Assembly (NCBI GenBank): GCA_001724245.1 | Contig: MEDX01000039.1 | Span: forward strand, 1 to 35,585 | Direction of reading: 5' to 3' | Length of the DNA: 35,585 nucleotides | From: Fonticula-like sp. SCN 57-25 | Taxonomy: Eukaryota | Shown: positions 34,445 through 35,585 of the stretch, piece by piece | Layout: every line of letters starts with the position of its first letter | Position numbering within the stretch: position 1 is the first letter of the stretch | Position numbers and translations under genes: made by a program | Notes under the pieces: model-generated | Told to the model about the DNA's origin: nothing | Databases searched by the model: none | Seen by the model: the letters and a program-made list of their open reading frames with translations, nothing else

Positions 34445-34700
34445 TAGAGAAATAAAAAAAAAATGAAACAAAACTCTACGCTGCTCCGGAGAAAAAAAAA
34501 AAGAAAACTCCGCGCTCGCGCTCCTGGCCTGGCGCGTTCACGCTCTTGACGATCACTTGATTCACTTCATATGCAATCGATATACACCTCGCGGCCGCGC
34601 CTGAGAAAAAGAAAAGAAAAACTCCGCGCTTGCGTCTGCCGCTTGACTGACGTCCGCACTAAAAGCTCACGCTCGAGAAAAAAAAAGAAAAACTCGGTGC
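34445..34700. repeat. Four dispersed GAGA-A(n)-AAAACTC units
   Basis: Copies near 34446, 34489, 34603 and 34675; two continue as CTCCGCGCT. Confidence 0.7.
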
Positions 34701-35158
34701 CTCTGTCTGGATCTTGCTGCGCCCCTGCGCTCTTCTACGCCTCTGACTACAGTCCCAATACTTCGTCAACTCGCTTGAATGTTCCGCCTGTCGTTCCTCA
34801 GCTGGCGCTTGTTCATGCTTGTCCCGGCCGACCCGCACTCTGTTCGTGTCACCCGCCGGGTGTCGCGGTCGTTGGTCTCACAGAAAATATCCTCTGAAAG
34901 TGTCGCATTCCATCCTTGCGGCGAAAACATCTCACGATGCTGCTGCGCCCGCTCGCCTTCGGCCTCCGCGCGTTACTGGACCTTGACAAAAGCCGCTCGC
35001 CGCACGCCATTCCACAGAGAACAGGCGCCACTTGGTTTGCCGTAACACGTGCCGCCGACCGCCTTAGAAACTTCGCCCGATATCATAATTCAAGTGTGTT
35101 CCTTGTCGCTCGGCAATCCTCTCTCACGCTTCGGTCGGTGGAAGAAACGTTCTTCGCC

Positions 35159-35219
35159 TTGCTCGTGTTCTTAAACGTGCTCATGTTCTGACGTTGCTCG
35201 TGTTCTTAAACGTGCTCAT
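35159..35219. repeat. 26-bp direct repeat TTGCTCGTGTTCTTAAACGTGCTCAT
   Basis: Copies at 35159 and 35194. Confidence 0.9.
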
Positions 35220-35585
35220 ACTTGAGCCGCCCGGCGCATGTCGCATGAATGTCCATAACTCCGTCGCGTGAATACCCACACGCCTGAACCTTGCGTTTAA
35301 CATCGCCGCGTGAAAACCACCAGCTCGAACCGCTCGAGTTTCTCCCGCGCAATAATCACTCGCCCAGGTTTCATACTCGATAGTATCGTACGTCTCCTAG
35401 ATTACGTTGCCTTGCATCGATCAATCGCCTTCGCTACCCCGAGGCGCGCTCGCTGCCGGCCGCCTTGATAGTCCAGCCTGCTTCCCTGGTTGTTGCAAAC
35501 GACCAACTGTCGCCCACGTCTCTGAACCTCCCAACAGTTTTGCAGGTATCAAACCACTCTTCTTCCCGCGCGCCTTTCGATCCCC

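Overview
Gene-dense eukaryotic genomic DNA with GC-rich exons, GT-AG introns and CTAAC/CTGAC-type branch points. The gene content suggests an early-diverging fungus or related unicellular opisthokont (inference). I reconstructed 14 protein-coding genes by hand in 1-30.3 kb: peroxisomal Lon protease, a secreted bacterial-type Endonuclease I, a triple-PH protein, UQCC1/Cbp3, a GRAM-VASt sterol transporter, a WD40+SAM protein, a pseudophosphatase myotubularin, STOML2, an mS26-like protein, IQGAP, NOSIP, GMP reductase, UTP7 and a membrane hybrid histidine kinase. The last ~5 kb is a degraded repeat zone with a Ty3/gypsy RT-RNase H relic and a PPT plus short LTR-like element. Most notable: (1) 24 of 25 reconstructed 5' splice sites read GTNCG and none has the canonical +4A; (2) the IQGAP carries three alpha-actinin-like spectrin repeats and keeps an Arg at the arginine-finger position; (3) the intronless secreted nuclease is a horizontal-transfer candidate; (4) the long introns share a related minisatellite and a G-before/C-after skew. 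All calls come from reading motifs by eye; no database searches were run.
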